Assembly: GCF_009914755.1 (NCBI RefSeq)
Contig: NC_060947.1
DNA: 64,000 nt
Direction: 5' to 3' (one strand)
Source: the human T2T-CHM13v2.0 reference genome, Homo sapiens
A program made the position numbers and the translations under genes. Positions 10,847 through 26,750 of the stretch are shown here, one piece after another. The notes under the pieces were generated by a model. It had not been told where the DNA came from. It did not search any database and saw nothing but the letters and a program-made list of their open reading frames with translations. The stretch's first letter is position 1. The number at the start of each line of letters is the position of its first letter.

Positions 10847-13800
10847 AATATTGCTTATTTCTTTGGTATATTTAGATTCTTTCTCTCATTTTGAGTACTT
10901 GGGCTGTTTTTTTTTTGCTGTTGTTGTTTGAGAAACTTACTCCTTTTTGTGATTTGTGGCATATTTACATATGGAATTCCCTAATGATTTAAATAGTTTT
11001 TTAGTAAGTATAACTAAAATATATCTTTAAGGTGAATAATTTGTCTACTTTTCTCCTTTATTTAATTGTACTGGCAGTTTATCAATTTTATTCGTTTTTT
11101 CAAACTTCTTAATACAGGCGTGTAGAGCTATGGATACATTTTGATTCCTTGATTGTATTTTAATTAGTTCTTTATTCAGTTGCCATTTAAGAAAGATATT
11201 TTTATGATTTCTATGTGGTTGGATTGTGTTCTTATATCCCATTTCCTATCTTACTGTCTTGTGCTGTGTAGAAATCCTGCCATTTCATATTGAGAATGTC
11301 TTTGTGTTTGACTATATGACAAATTATTGTGAGAAAGAACATTTTCCCAAATATTTTTACATGAATCAAATCATATAAACCTGATGATTATATTGTATTG
11401 TCTGGTTTAGATATACTGAATTCTTTCATTGTTGTTTTTGTTGCTAATTTGATTCCTCATTCAGCTAATGGAATAATCTCTAGGATTGTGTTTGTCTCTG
11501 TCGTATTGAATTGATCAGTTTTTTGTTTTATAAAAAATCATTAGATCTTTAAAAATTTACTGGATATTTAAAAAATCACTTCCTGTTTCCTTTATCATTT
11601 TATAGTGTCCTTGTGCTTTGGTTTAAGATGTACTTTTTTTCAGATTCTGTGACTAATATCTTGCTCTTTTTATTTGCATTAACAAACTTAAAGGGAGTAA
11701 CCATTTAATTAATTAATTTGTTTACTTTTCAAATACCTAGAGTTCAAAGAGAGAGTAACCATTTTAAACATGTATTTTTATAACTAGAGTCAGATTTTAT
11801 TAATCCAATTTCTAATTAATATTTAATACATAAAATTTAGCATTATAATTATCTTACATTTTTAACTTAGCAGTGAACTTTTCTTTTTAAATTCATACTC
11901 TAGTAAATTTGAGGGATGATTTAATGATATGAAAAGATAACCTTAATTTCTTAATTTATCTTGTGGCTTTGATTCCTTTTAGTGCTGTGTGCAACACTTT
12001 CTTTTATTTGTAATAATGTATTGGTTATTTGCCATAGAACTGTAGTCTTTCTTAGGTAGTTGTTAGGCCGTCCATCTTATTCTATTTGTTTTTCTTGTGG
12101 TCTTTCCTATGTTATCTTAATTGATGCTCTCTTCACCCTATCATGGTGACTTTGCTTATCTACTTCTAGTATTGTAAAGCTTTTAAAATTGGACCTGGCT
12201 TACTTCTTAAACAATTACAGTAATTGAGTCCTATCGTGATTATTTTTTATTAATAATCCTTGTTATTCTTCCAGATTTTAAAAAATGGTGTATTTAATTT
12301 CAAAGGCGCCATCTGCCCAGATGTCTGGCTTCTTGTACTACTTTTTTAAGTCATTTTCTTTATTTAGTAACAATTAACATGTTTTAAAAACGCCTACATG
12401 AAATTTTCTTTCAGTGACATGAAAATAAATTGTTTTTTCCTTAGCTGAACGTATATAAAGATTTATTTGTCTAAGTTTCTAAAATCTTTTGGGTCTTTCA
12501 ATCTTTATGTTAGCAGATATGATATTTAGCACATTCATAAGTTGTATAACTTTCAGATGATTAAGAGTTTCCTTTGTATGTATGGCTTAATTTTCCATCA
12601 TTTCTCATTTTTAATATACAAAAAATGTCAGTTATTGAAGAAAATTCTTAGGAATCTACCTTCCTCTTTCCACTAGTAGATTATTTCCAAAATGATGAGT
12701 TAAATGAAAAAATTAATGTTTCTTTACTGTGGGACTTCTCATGGCTTTTAATCCATTTGTATGTTTCCCCAATTTTTTCTTGATCATGGGACAATCATAC
12801 TTCATTTTTTAAGGAACACATAGAAACCTCTTATAGAACCAAGTGTTACATAATTCACAGTTTAGAAAATGCTGGTGTAAGGTATATATACTTGCTTTTA
12901 TTTAGAAGAGGCTGCTGAACTTGATAATCTTCAAAAACAGAAGATTATGTAATAAGGAAAAATGCATGGCATGTTCAGGAACAGTTAACGCAGGTGTAGA
13001 ATAAGCCAAAAGCCCAAAGCATCAGAATGCTGATGAGGGAATTAGCTTATATTGCCCAACACATTTTTTGAAATGACATATTCTTATTCTCATAGGTACT
13101 CCCATCCCACCTTATATTCCTAAAATATTTCATTGGCCAAAGTCCATTGACATCACCTGTTTATTGAAATTTCTAGAAGTATGACCTCTTTTTAGGAGAC
13201 TGCAGCCACATAGTTTTTTGCTATCTTCTAAACTTGTCCAAAGTTGTTGGTAGTCCCCCCACCTTTAGGTCAAGATAACCCCTTTGGAGAGTAAGCAGTA
13301 CATTTCTCATAGAAGGTGGATGGTATCTTATCCAGTAAGACCATCTCTCAATCAGATTTGGGGAGAAGTTTATCTGTATGTTCTTTTAGAAAATTACTAA
13401 TAGCAACACACTTGTATAAAAAGTCTATTAAATACTGCTTATTAAATCCCTAAGAATCAACCTCTGACAGGTACAAGTATGGCAAGGGGGAAAAACCATA
13501 TTCCTTCCTATAAGATACCCTTGGAAGTACTTATGTGCCACAAACTGAATGTTCACAGACCACTGGTGTTGTAATTGTCAACTTTATATGATGGTGTTTT
13601 CAAGGCATAATAAAACATTCTTCCTGGAAGTCCCCTAAACAGAGGGGGCATCTTAATTAGGCTCTATTAAATCTTGGGTAACATTTCTGTTGCCTGTGCC
13701 TGTGAAAGGGAAGCCCAGGGAAGCATTGCTGTTTAGACCTTTACAGAATGGCCCTCCCCTCAACCATGGTCCTGTGCAAGCGGCTATTTTAATATGCTCA

Positions 13801-14529
13801 CTACAGTGCAAAGGAATCCCAGGGTAGAAATGTGATAGATTCATTTGCAGATTATACAGACTTGAGTTTTGGCATTTAAAGTGATGCTTTTACACCCTTT
13901 CCTGCTTTCTATGGTTATACCCCTAGGCCCCCTGACACTGCCGAAAAACTCCTCCATCCTCCAAATAATTCAGTGTTTTGAGTCCCCTGCATTCCTCAGT
14001 AGTCTGTCTTTTCTTGTCATTCTCTGTCAAGGCTTAAGTTTCTCTTTTAGAGAAGCAAGGCCTTTTTATGTCTGGCCTCCAGCAAGAAACCTCAGAGTCC
14101 TGTTTTTCCTTTTTTACCCCCAGAAAGTTAGCGTATCTAAGCTTTGCCCCTTGTTCTCCAGTGCTATATTGTCCATCACCCAGGCCAGGGGTGATTCCGG
14201 TTCAGCCTCCTCACCACTATTTCCAAGTTACTCTAATCCCTTTAGTTCCTGAGAGATTGTTCTCCCTTCCAATCAAACGCAAGAAACTGCTGCCAGACTC
14301 TGCCCTATAAAATAACTGCATTCTTTATGTGACTTCCTTATTTATGAACCTAGGGTGACTTTCCAGTGCTTATTGGCTCCAGTATAAATTCTTCTGTGTG
14401 CTTGGATTTCAAGTCCTTGGTAATCTTGCCTCACCTCATTTATCCGTCCTTACCTCCCCCGGCTCTCTATACACACCCTAGCCCCTCGAATGACAGTACC
14501 ACCACTCTTTCTCAAGGCAGCTGTGCTGA

Positions 14530-14800
14530 AAGACCTGCTCTTTTAATTTTTTTTAACTTGTAAACTGTCATAGACAGATACTTTTGCAAAGTACAATAAA
14601 AATCATTAGAAGAAGAAAATTATAAAGCCATATAAAATATAAGCTTCATTTTTATTAGATTAATGAACATAAAATTACTCTGTCAAATTGGTATAAAAGT
14701 CCCTAAATGCTTATTAGTTTCCTTTCTTATCTCTGTAAACACTGATAATATGGAGTGTGGGGGCTGGCACCTGTCCTTGTGCCATACTAGGAGTAGCACA
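14530..14800. mobile_element. hAT-Charlie-like DNA transposon fragment
   Basis: 'aaagtacaataaaaat...acataaaattactctgtcaaattggtataaaagt...gagtagcac'; subfamily uncertain. Confidence 0.45.
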
Positions 14801-14994
14801 GCTTTGCCGCCTGTTCGTTCACACTGCCTTGCCTTTTGCTTGGACTCTCCCTGTCCTAGCTTGGAATGCCCTGTCTTTTTCAGCAACCTCACCTGCCCAT
14901 GCTAGAGAGCCCCAGGTGGGTTCACGCTGCAACTATACAAGGCTATACTTAATAGACCCCTTCCTTGAACTCCTGCTGCTCTACTTACACTTAA

Positions 14995-15240
<246 letters not shown>

Positions 15241-15945
15241 TAATTGTTCCATCTCTGTTAGTCCTACCCACTCAATGCCTTTGCAAGTAGCCTGAGATAC
15301 TAAAGGGTATAAAGTGTGTGTCCTTCCCACAAAAAACGTATTATATCCTAGCACCTAGCCTTTTAAGTCCCTTGATACATATTCGTTAAATGAATAAATG
15401 AATCTTCTATCCAAATAAAAATATGTTTCTCTCCTCCAAAAGATGTGTCTTCTATAATACATAGTAGGCACTTCATTAAAACATTTATTTAAAAAGTATA
15501 TTAAGTTGATTGGTTATAGTCTGGGAACATACAGAGCACCTACTTTCCAACATTGCCCTGTGACATAACCTTTTGGCTACTGTATGGTGCTGACTATGGC
15601 ACAGGTTTTGGTTTAGTGCCTTTCATAGTCATTTTTCTGCTTATTCAGACCAGTTATTGCCGGATCTGATTTTATGGTTCCATGGAGTGTCACATGTTGA
15701 GAATGTGAAACTTTAAAAATTGTTTTCTGTTTACCCCAATTTCCATTAACATTCATATTCACATGCCATGCAATGTTTTTTTCTCTTTAGAGGTTAGAGG
15801 AACCTTTAAGAGAGTATTACAGTTGCCCAAAATTTGGAAATTGCTGAATTAACCTGTTTCAGGTTAAGTGGTTCAGTCTGCACACTCCTTGATCAATGAA
15901 TCATTTCTCCGTTATGTACTTAGTTTCAGGGTCGGTAATTAATAA

Positions 15946-16258
<313 letters not shown>

Positions 16259-16312
16259 TGAGATTTTGGTATACCCATCACCTGAGCAGTGTACACTGTA
16301 CCCAATGTGTAG

Positions 16313-16717
<405 letters not shown>

Positions 16718-19479
16718 TAAGTGAGACTATATGATGTTTGGCTTTCCATTCCTAGTAACTTTACTTAGAATAATGGTCTCCAACTCCATCCAAGTTGCTG
16801 CAAATGCCATTATTTCGTTCCTTTTTATGGCTGAGTAATATTCCATGGCATATATGTATATGCCACATTTTCTTTATCCACTTGTTGATGGATGGGCATT
16901 TGGGCTGGTTCCATATTTTTGCAATTGCAAATTGTACTGCTATAACATGCGTGTGCAAGTGTCTTTTTCATATAATGACTTCTTTTCCTCTGGGTAGATA
17001 CTCAGTAGTGGGATTGCTGGATCAAATGGTAGATCTACTTTTAGTTCTTTAAGGAATCTCCATACTGTTTTCCATAGTGGTTGTACTAGTCTACATTCCC
17101 ACCAGCAGTGTAGAAGTGTTCCCTTGTCACCATATCCACGCCAACATCTATTATTTTTTGATTTTTTAATTATGGCCATTCTTGCTGAGGTAAGATGTAT
17201 CACATTGTGGTTTTGATTTGCATTTTCCTGATAATTAGTGGTGAGCATTTTTTCATATGTTTGTTGGCCATTTGTATATCTTCTTTTGAGAATTGTCTAT
17301 TCATGTCCTTAGCCCACTTTTTGAGGGGATTATTATTTTTTCTTGATTTGTTCGAGTTCTGTGCAGATTTTGTATATTAGTTCTTTGTCAGATGCATAGT
17401 TAGTGAAAATTTTCTCCCATTCTGTGGGTTGTCTGTTTACTCTGCTGATTATTTCTTTTGCTGTGCAGAAGCTTTTTAGTTTAATTAAGTCCCATCTATT
17501 TATCTTTGTTCTTCTTGCATTTGCTTTTGGGTTCTTGGTCATGAACTCTTTGCCTAAGCCAATGTCTAGAAGAGTTTTTCTGGCAAGGTGTTTAATAATG
17601 CTACAAGTTTAGCCAAAGGATGTCAAGGGGTTTTAAAACTTTCCTGTTAACATATAACACACCTACAAAACAGTGTGCAAATCCAGTTACAGCTCCATGA
17701 TTTACCAGAAAGTGAAGACACCCGTGTATCCAAGGGTGGTGAGAATTTCACTGGGAACTTTCTTTCCTTTCTTTCACAGCCCCAGCGATGTCTTCTTAAA
17801 CATATGGCGTTAGTGGGTGTGTATGTTATGAAGTGTAAATAGTAATCCATGTGCAGAGGTGCTGCTCAGTTGAATGAATTAAGCCTTTGACTTGTCTCAT
17901 TGTCCTGAGAGCATTGACGCCATCTGTCTGGCAGCACAAATTCTGACAACAGCCCAAATCTATAGGGTCTTTCAGTTCATTTATTTTTTTAAAAAGCTTT
18001 CCAGGTGTTTTGAATTATATTTAGTTGTGGTTAGTGGTAAATTTATGAGCTGGCTGGCTACATCTTCTTGAGTTGTGCCATAGAATCTGCAAAACGGTCC
18101 CGGGGTCTCTCTCTTGGGGTCTCTCCCTCTCTTTTTTTCTTTTTTTTTTTTTTTTGCCTTCCAAATTTCAGCTTGGAAAAATAACAAAAATGTTCTCAGC
18201 TCCCCATTTTCCCACCATTACTGCTTTCTTTCAGCTTTCAAGGGATGAATTCTGACATGCAGTTTCATGTCCTACCCTAGGATTATACACAACTCTCATA
18301 AAGTACCCATGGCTAGAAAATCTGCCTGTTTTCTCCTTAAAAGCCCTATGTGGTTTGTAGGGCTGACATTTTAATCATTACCCCTGTTAAAATTCCCAGT
18401 GACTGTCCAGGTGCATCACTGGCAGAATCTCCAAACCAAAGTTTAGGAATAAAAAGGAAGAAGAGAAGAAATACTTAAATATTGTACTTACAGTTTGTGT
18501 TGAGGAGAAAAATGCTTACACTGCTAAAGTCTATTGCAGCTTAACTAACACTTCGCTAGGACAATATGCTGAGTGTTCGGCATGTTGTTTTCTTTATTTT
18601 TTCCCCCTAGCAATAATTTCTTAACTCAGTGTTCCATTAACCTTGAGGCAAGCCAAGAACTTTTTTAGGATGCTTTTAATGCAAGTAATTTACTTACCCA
18701 TATGATTAATTAAGGGATATACTGCCATTATAAAGGTTTGCATATATGTAGAGCTATAATTTTTCCTTGGTTTATAAAGTAGTTTATAAAGTTCTGCTGA
18801 CCCATAAAAATCTAACTGTTGCAGTTACTGTTAGGCAGAGTACAGTAGGGTGTGTAACTGGTGTGCTGTCATTTCCTTGAGCTAACTAGGGAGAACTTGT
18901 TATTTGGTGGCTGGGTGATGGGTTAAGCAATACAATAGTTTAAGCAGATTTAAGAATCCAGCAGGACAAGTTAGGAAGTGAGACTCCTGTGAACTTCTGG
19001 CATTAGAGGGAGATGTGCTGGCCCCAGTGGATTTGGGTCTCTTCCTTCCTTGGCTTGAGCTGTGGATTCTAGGCATTTAAGGTTTCCTCCCCACACCCAC
19101 CTTCTCCACCACCAAGGTCAACCTCAGAGCAGCATCTCCTAAGAGACCTGGAGAGGAAGGGTTTCCGGTTGTCCTTGCTTTTTAATTTAAGGGCTTTGTT
19201 TAAACCTGAATTCAAGGGGGAAAAAGCAGTTTTTCCACATATAAGGGAAGTATCTAGCTGGATTTTGTGCTCTTTTGTTACTAAAGTTCTAAAATTGTGG
19301 ACTTTTAGTATCCTGTGATATGTGTTTTTCATGTGCTAAATTCCAAAGCCAGGACAGGAGTAGGGAGGGGGTCCAGAGTGTCCTTTCGTTGGCTCTTCCA
19401 GATTCAATGTGTAATCACTAGGGAGAGAAATAAGAGCAGAGGTTTTACAGTAAATAATATAGTTTGAATGGTAATCATC

Positions 19480-20470
19480 ATATAATCCAAAAGCATTTCT
19501 TGAGCAACTATTGTGTATCTAGCATTGTGAAGGAGGGTCTGAGTAAATTTGCCTGAATCCTGGTTCTGTTGTGCTTATTATTCAATGAGAACACAATAAA
19601 GTAGTGAGTGGCATTGTCCTAAGGGAGTTTAGGAAAGGGAAAATATCATGAAAGAAGTGAGACTTGAGCTAGCCTTTAAAGACAGTTAATATTTGGGCCA
19701 GTCTGGCCCAGTAACACAAGTCTGGTTAGAGGTGGGTGTGGGGGCTGACCATGAGGAAATTGGCTTGACTTGAGAAGAGATCTGTGGGGCAGCTGGGAAG
19801 CAGGGCAGGGGAGTTAGAGATGGAATGTGGCCAACCACAGGGAATGGCCTTGGAGAGTAATAACCTAAGGAAAAGGCCAGGACATCAGTGAGAAAAATAG
19901 GGATAGAAAGTAAAGGAATAAATACAAAATACTGCAAACAAGAAAGTTTGGACTTGGTACCAAATTAAATACCGGGGTTAAAAGAGGAGGGAGCAAAAGA
20001 GAATCGACATTCTAAGTAGGTGACATCAAAATAGCAATTGTGATAGCAGAGAATTTGGGGAGAAAGAAATCTGCTTTGGGGAGCAGTAATGTGTTTAGGT
20101 ATGTTTTTCAAGTGTCAAACTTTTTATTTGGTGGTAATTTAAAATATGCTGTGGCTTGAATGGGAGAGCAGGAATAGATTTTTAGAATTTGGAAGTTATT
20201 TGAGAATAATGATGTCTGTAACCCATAATAGAATTCAGAGAAAGGTGATTAGACAGATGTATGGTGGGGCAAGGTGGAGTGGTGGTGGGGGGCTAGCCAC
20301 AATAGGAACCTTGAGGAAGGAAGAAGTGGCAACAAATATTGAAGGAAGGATCAGAGAGGTAGTAGGAGAACCAGAATACTGTACCATATAATATAAGCTA
20401 AAAAGGGCATTTCAGGAATTAGGGAGTCATCTTATGTCAGATGCCAAAAGAAGAAATTGAGGAGAGTAGG
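19480..20470 (-). mobile_element. Degenerate L2 fragments
   Basis: 'gcatttcttgagcaactattgtgtatctagcattgtg', 'agaagtgagacttgagctagcctttaaagac' and other purine-rich L2-antisense motifs. Confidence 0.5.
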
Positions 20471-23463
20471 AAGTTAAAAATCCTTTTAGCTGTATTAAAG
20501 TCTAGTATATATTAAGCCCATTTGCCATGCAAAGTTAGAATCTCATTATAACACAACCTGCAATAGTACAGAATTTGATACACTCCTATTCAGTTTTGTG
20601 CTCTATTCCAAGAGGATAGATATTCCTGGAAGCATCTTATCCATGACTCTTCTGCTGCATAAACCCTAGGGACAGCATAAGATAGAAGTTTATGCATATT
20701 CTCTTAACAGATATACAGCAGGTCACAGCAGTTAAACACGATTGGGTGAATTCTTCCACCAAGTTTCAGCAGGCTTTTTACCCCTCCAAACAAATATTCA
20801 TATCAACTTTGGTATGATGCAACTAAGATGCAGAAACATTAGCCTCTCGCTCTTGAGGCTCAACTCAAGTCAGTGAAATGGGGTTGGAACTATAATCCGG
20901 TTCCCCAGATTGTCTAATTTGTTTTTTTCTTCTCTAACCCATTGAGAAAATAAAGATTAACCTTCAACTCAATATATCTTGCCTCCTGGACCTAAATTCA
21001 GATCAAGACGTATTCCTAAGCTTACATTTTAGAATTACAGAGTAAGGTGTAGGCGGCATTTGTCATTCTAGTAGTCACCACACCTTAGGTGGGTGGTTGG
21101 GCAGAACAGTGACTGAAGGATGGAGTGTGTGTCCCTAAACCCGACACGCCCTGAAATCTTCCTGAATTAGTAAGTCACTTTATCCATATATTCTTGCACA
21201 ATAATGGCGAAGGGGAAGTAATTTGGATAGCTGCTGATAAGACATTTTTGGGCCCGTGAAATGGCAATACTTCAAACAGAATGGGAGTAGCTGTACTAAA
21301 CCAAGCAAACAGAATTCTTTCGAAAATAGTTACGGAGTTTCTACCTTGTAGCTGAGGCTTCCGAGCAAGGGTAAAGTCAGTCCCTTCCCTCTGGGAGAGA
21401 TAAAGCACAGTGCAAGTAACTGGAATGCAAGGCAGGATGTGTCTAAGTGCTATGTGAGCGAGTCATAGCAGAGACATTCTTAGAGTGGGTTCTTGGAGGA
21501 AATGTAGAGTGTAAAGGCTTGACAGCTCCTAAGAAAAGCATCAATGAAGAGATAATGAACCTATTCATTCTGCCAATCTACCAAATGGTAAGACGTAATA
21601 AGTTTATGTAGCAAATGAATAGTGTAACTGTGTCTATTTTTACAGGGGACTTGAGCTCATGAGTAAAGTCCTTCCAAGTTGTCATTTTTGTTTAAATTTC
21701 CCTTGAGCAATAAAGTAAAATTCATTCAGCTGCCAGTTTTATCATGTGTTATGTACTGGCTTTAGAGCTGGAGGGGTTGGGAAATATGAGAGTTTCATAT
21801 TAGGAGCACCAGCACAGGATAGGTAGCTTGCCCAGGATGAAGAGTAGCAAAATAAATGCCTTGTTATCCACGTGGCATATGGCATTCTGTTGTTTAGTGC
21901 TTTGCAATACAGTGTGGCCATTTCAGTGAAGGGTGCTAAGACTCCAGATACCTAAGTCTTGGCCTAAGCCATTATCTATCTCTGTGTTAGTGCTGGAATC
22001 CTTGGCATTTTCTGACATAATCATGCCCAAGCTTGATTACCCAAGTTCTGTAGATTGTTCAAAGTGTCCCTTGTGCTTATCTCATCTATCAGCTCAGCTG
22101 TCATACTCATTCAACCCTTGTGCCGAAGACTGTGTAAGATTCATCTTCATAAAACACCACATAGGATGAATTACCAGTTTCTGCTCTTGAAATCTATTGA
22201 ATCACTCCTCACTCCACACCCCATTACTTCCTTTCTGTTCTCACCTCTACTCAGCCTAGTTCAGGCCCTCCTGAACTCTCTCATCTGTCAGTTGTGAGAG
22301 CTGAGCTTTTAAATTGATTTCCCTGGTGCAAATCCATATTTCCACTTGCTGCTAGACTAAACTTCCTGAAGAAGCATTTTACTCTCCAACTTATAAAACT
22401 TTGGTAACTGCCCATTGCCTGTAGCTCTGTTTTGCAGCATCGAACCCCATGATATGCGTTACTGTCTTCACAGTCTTCATGTCCATCTGGACTTGTTATC
22501 TTCTTTTAAATCAGCTCATTTTAAATATTAAAACATGTATTTTAAAACATGTAGCCTCACTGCAAGCAATAAACTCCATGCAAACATGAGTCAGGGTTAG
22601 TTTTAATGTATTCCTCTTTACAGTCAAATGGACACATTAAGTAAGAGGAACAACATTGGTGGGCCACCTAAAATTCCCTCTCCTAAGAGGTTGCTCACCA
22701 CACTGATAGTCCACCTCATTATTATTATTGCAGCATTTAAGGACCACAGCATGGCCTTGACCTTATTCACCCTCTTCTCTCTGTCAGAACTCTCCACTCC
22801 AGCCAAACTGGTTTCTTTGTGGCCTCCTTAGGTAGTAACTTTATATATTCTCCTTAGCTTCTGAAATACCTTTCTCTACCTCCTCCTCCTCCTGATCTGT
22901 GTTTGTCTTTTCCATCCCCTTTGGTCACTCTTCACTCCAACTCATCTTATCTATAGCAGTGCCTCCCCCTCTCTAAATTCTTGCATTTTGCATCACTGCC
23001 TTGTATCAGTAGTTCAGCATTTTCATTTTATCTGGCTTAATTCTGTCCTCATTGTATCATACAGTGTCAGAGTTAAGATGTATCTCAGAGAACTTTTCAT
23101 AGGACTCTTACTTGATGTAGACCCTTGAAGCTCCTTGAGGACAGCAATCACATTATTCCTATCAAGCCCCAAATGTGTGTCTCTCTTTTAGGGTTTTTCT
23201 TACTCCAGAAGTCATTGAATACACCATTATTTCAGGATTTTTCAGGAGTTATTTATCTAGCTCATTCTGCTGATCAGCAGTGTTTCCACCAGAGATGTCA
23301 AAGTCATACCTTTATTATCTTGCCCCCCACTTGTCCCTGTTGTAAGTTCCCACCCTTCACACCTTACCTCAATACCTCCTCACCTCCTGACCTCATACAT
23401 TCAGTCTTCCTAGTTTTCAATCCATTTTGTTACCTTCTTCTTTACTTCCAAATAATAATAAAC

Positions 23464-23835
<372 letters not shown>

Positions 23836-23989
23836 TGAACATAAAGTCTGGAACTCACTACTCTTTAGCAGTTCCTTTCTGGCCTCAGACAAGGGAGAAG
23901 CTAAACAGTTGGGGTCAGGGGCATTCATGAGGATCTTTGAGTGATATTTCCCTAGAGAGGCCCATTTTCCTGTTGCTGATGCTAACAAA

Positions 23990-24190
23990 GATAGTTAACA
24001 TTTGGCACTGGCAGTGTCCAGACACTGAGCTCAGCACTGGTCATAGTGTCCTGGTTAATCCTTGCAACAACCCTAAGAATCAGGGACTCCCGCCCTCCCC
24101 ATTTTACAGATGATGAAATGCAGGCATAGGGAGATTAGGCACAGCTGTTAATGGCAGAACCAGGCATTCCAAAGCTGAGACTATACTGTA
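23990..24190 (-). mobile_element. MIR SINE
   Basis: 'taatccttgcaacaaccctaag...cccattttacagatgatgaaatgcaggc'. Confidence 0.75.
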
Positions 24191-25171
24191 CTGCTCAAAC
24201 GACACAGGTGTAGAAGGTGTATGGCAGCCTGAGCCCCATTTCCTGTTTGCATATTCCTGCTCATACATGCACAGGAATATATACTTAATGGGGTACGGTC
24301 ACTGGACCCTTCTCACTTACTCTCTCACCACCCCCTCTGCTCCTGCCATTTTGTGGGCACCCACATAGACGTAGTGCTGCAAAGTGAGCCTCCTTTTGAG
24401 CAGATCCACACAAAATGTGCAGATAAACAAGCCTTCTACCTCAGGCCTGCAGCACGCCTGCTTTCTGACCTGCTTGGTACGTTTCGGGCCCAAAGTGTCA
24501 GAGTGTGGATTTTCACAATCCCCCTCCCACATTTTAAGTTTGCAGGCAAATGAACCTTAATGTGCCTTCTCTACTTCCCTCCCTCCCTCCTTCCCTCTCA
24601 CACTCAGAGTGCCAGAAAGAAGAACCTGCTGACTCCACCACTCGTCTATATGTCTTGACTGTAGGAGAGAGAGCTTTCCTGATCCCATTCCTATTTGTGG
24701 AGTCTGTGGGAGAGCAAGCCATCTTGCCTTCTTGTTATTTCTCTCCTTCACCCATGCATGACACTGCAAAGGGTTTGCTGGCTTGAGTCTTCTACACACA
24801 CACACACAGTCTGAGACATCTGATGTGTTCACCCTCCCATTTGCCTTGAATGGTAGTGTGTGTGTTTTTTAATTCCACTCTTATATACACAACTTACAGG
24901 AGAGTGAATTTTCTAGTGCCACCCCCCCGCCATAGGCTATGTGCCCCCTTGCTTTTTTTCACCCAGCATCCAGAGTCGAGATTGTTTAGTGCCCTTCTTA
25001 CAGGCCTTGTTGGCAAGAGTGAGCATTATTATGGGACACCCTCCCCACCCCCGACACAGATGATGCACACAGGAGTACAAGATGATGAGGCTCCTGATCA
25101 CCCCACGCCTCCTTAGACCTACGTCTGTGTACATCCTCTGTCTGTGAGGGAGAGAGGAGGTGACTCCTTAC

Positions 25172-25254
25172 CTGTTTGTCTCACATGCCTCACACATTGG
25201 GGTGTGAGCTGTCTCAGTTCCCTCCCACACATGAGGTTTACAGATGTGCAAGCT
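25172..25254 (+). pseudogene. Relic miR-532/miR-188-family hairpin, not one of the eight recognised genes
   Basis: 5' arm catgcctcacacattggggtgtgagct resembles miR-532-5p CATGCCTT and the mir-188 loop gtgagct. 3' arm ccctcccacacatgaggtttaca resembles miR-532-3p CCTCCCACACCCAAGGCTTGCA. Confidence 0.7.
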
Positions 25255-26524
25255 TTCTGAGCTGTGCCCTGCCTCTTAAACCCAGCATGCCTTCTTAGTG
25301 CTCTTCCCACAAGCATGCATTATTGGAGAGTGGACTTTGCTTTTTTTTTTTTTTTTTAACTTGCTGAGTTGAAGTATTTGAAGGATAGTGGGCCTAAAAA
25401 AACTGGCTCTGGCACAGGCACATGTGCCTTCACATGTGTACACACATGTACACCACGAGGGAGATGAATCCTTCGGCCTGTTAGTGTTTGCTTTGTATGG
25501 TAGATGTGTTGAGGAATAAAAAAAATAATCTGCCCCTTTTAGCTGAGGGGAAAAATAAGTTCAGAAATGGCAGTTGATCCATTAAGGATGGTGGGCAGTT
25601 TCTAAGCTATACTCTGTTGGCCAGCAAGTTTAAAGACTAAAGAAAAAGTGTCAGTGTGAACACATATTTGGCTCTTTTCACTATAGTTGGTGTTGTCAAG
25701 CAGCTGATACCTGCGGAATAGAATATGAGAATTGTGCTACAACGAATACATTTGCTTTCTTAGTCTGTACATTAAAAGCCCCTTTTTTTACTTGTTTTAA
25801 AGGTTGTGGAGCATTGTTTGAATGACAATTATTTACATTGTAAAAATAGTATGAAATTTATGATATTTTAAAAATTTGCTAGGATTCATCAGTGAGCATT
25901 CTTCCTATATCTGCCCTGTCTCTGCTCTCCACTCCCCCAGCTCTCCTGCCCCATGCAGGGGTGCAAGCCTCTCAAGCTATCCCATCCCACCTTGACCACA
26001 CAGAACTACAGTGAGCTTTTTATTTTAAATATGCTTCCCCAAACCTGTTGGACTGTGGGTTTCCCCATCCGCCTCCTGCTTGCAGCCTCTCTCTCTAATC
26101 CTGCTTTTCTCTTTCTTTCTCTCATGTGCATACACTCATGATATGCATGTAAGGGAGACACCTGAGTTGCCCCATTGCATCCAGCATCGCAGGACTGTGA
26201 GCCTTCTATTGCTGCCACTCTCCTACCCCACGCATGGCTTAACCTAAAATAAAACTGACCTCCCAATTGGGAGGTTATTACAACCTCCCAATGCACACAC
26301 TGGCTGGGCCACAGTGGCGTGTGAACCACTGTGTCAGCCACCTTATTACCCCTTTTCTGTGCATGCCCCCACACACATTTATGATAGGAGCTTGAGCCTC
26401 CTTATTCTCCATCCTTGCTCTTTCTCTCTTCCTTTTCCTCCCTCATCTCACATGTGTGTGCCAAGGATGTGCCAGAAAGTGGGTCCTTATCATTTTCAGT
26501 TCTCATACACATGTGGGTACACAC

Positions 26525-26750
26525 AGCTTTAGGGTTCAGTGGTTAGGCCCACTGTCTTGGTAGTCAGATTACCTGTGGTAGAATCCTGGCGTGATCTGTA
26601 ATGAGCTTTGTGATCCTAGACAAGTGACTTATCTTGTGTCTCAATTTCCACAACATGAAAATGAGATAACTAATTGTGCCAACCATATAGGTTTGTAATA
26701 AGCACTGAAGGAGGCGACGCATGTATTGGGATTAACATGTAATAAACTTC
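26525..26750 (+). mobile_element. MIR SINE
   Basis: 'ttcagtggttagg...gtgatcctagacaagtgactt...tctcaatttccacaacatgaaaatgagataac'. Confidence 0.7.

Noticed and set aside
11695-11764. 12-bp direct repeat gagtaaccattt around a 46-bp AT-rich stretch
   Set aside because: Could be a micro-insertion TSD, but the insert is unrecognisable and chance cannot be excluded.
24950-25030. Further possible miR-660-like relics (also ~24740)
   Set aside because: Similarity is limited to short words, too weak to call without a profile search.
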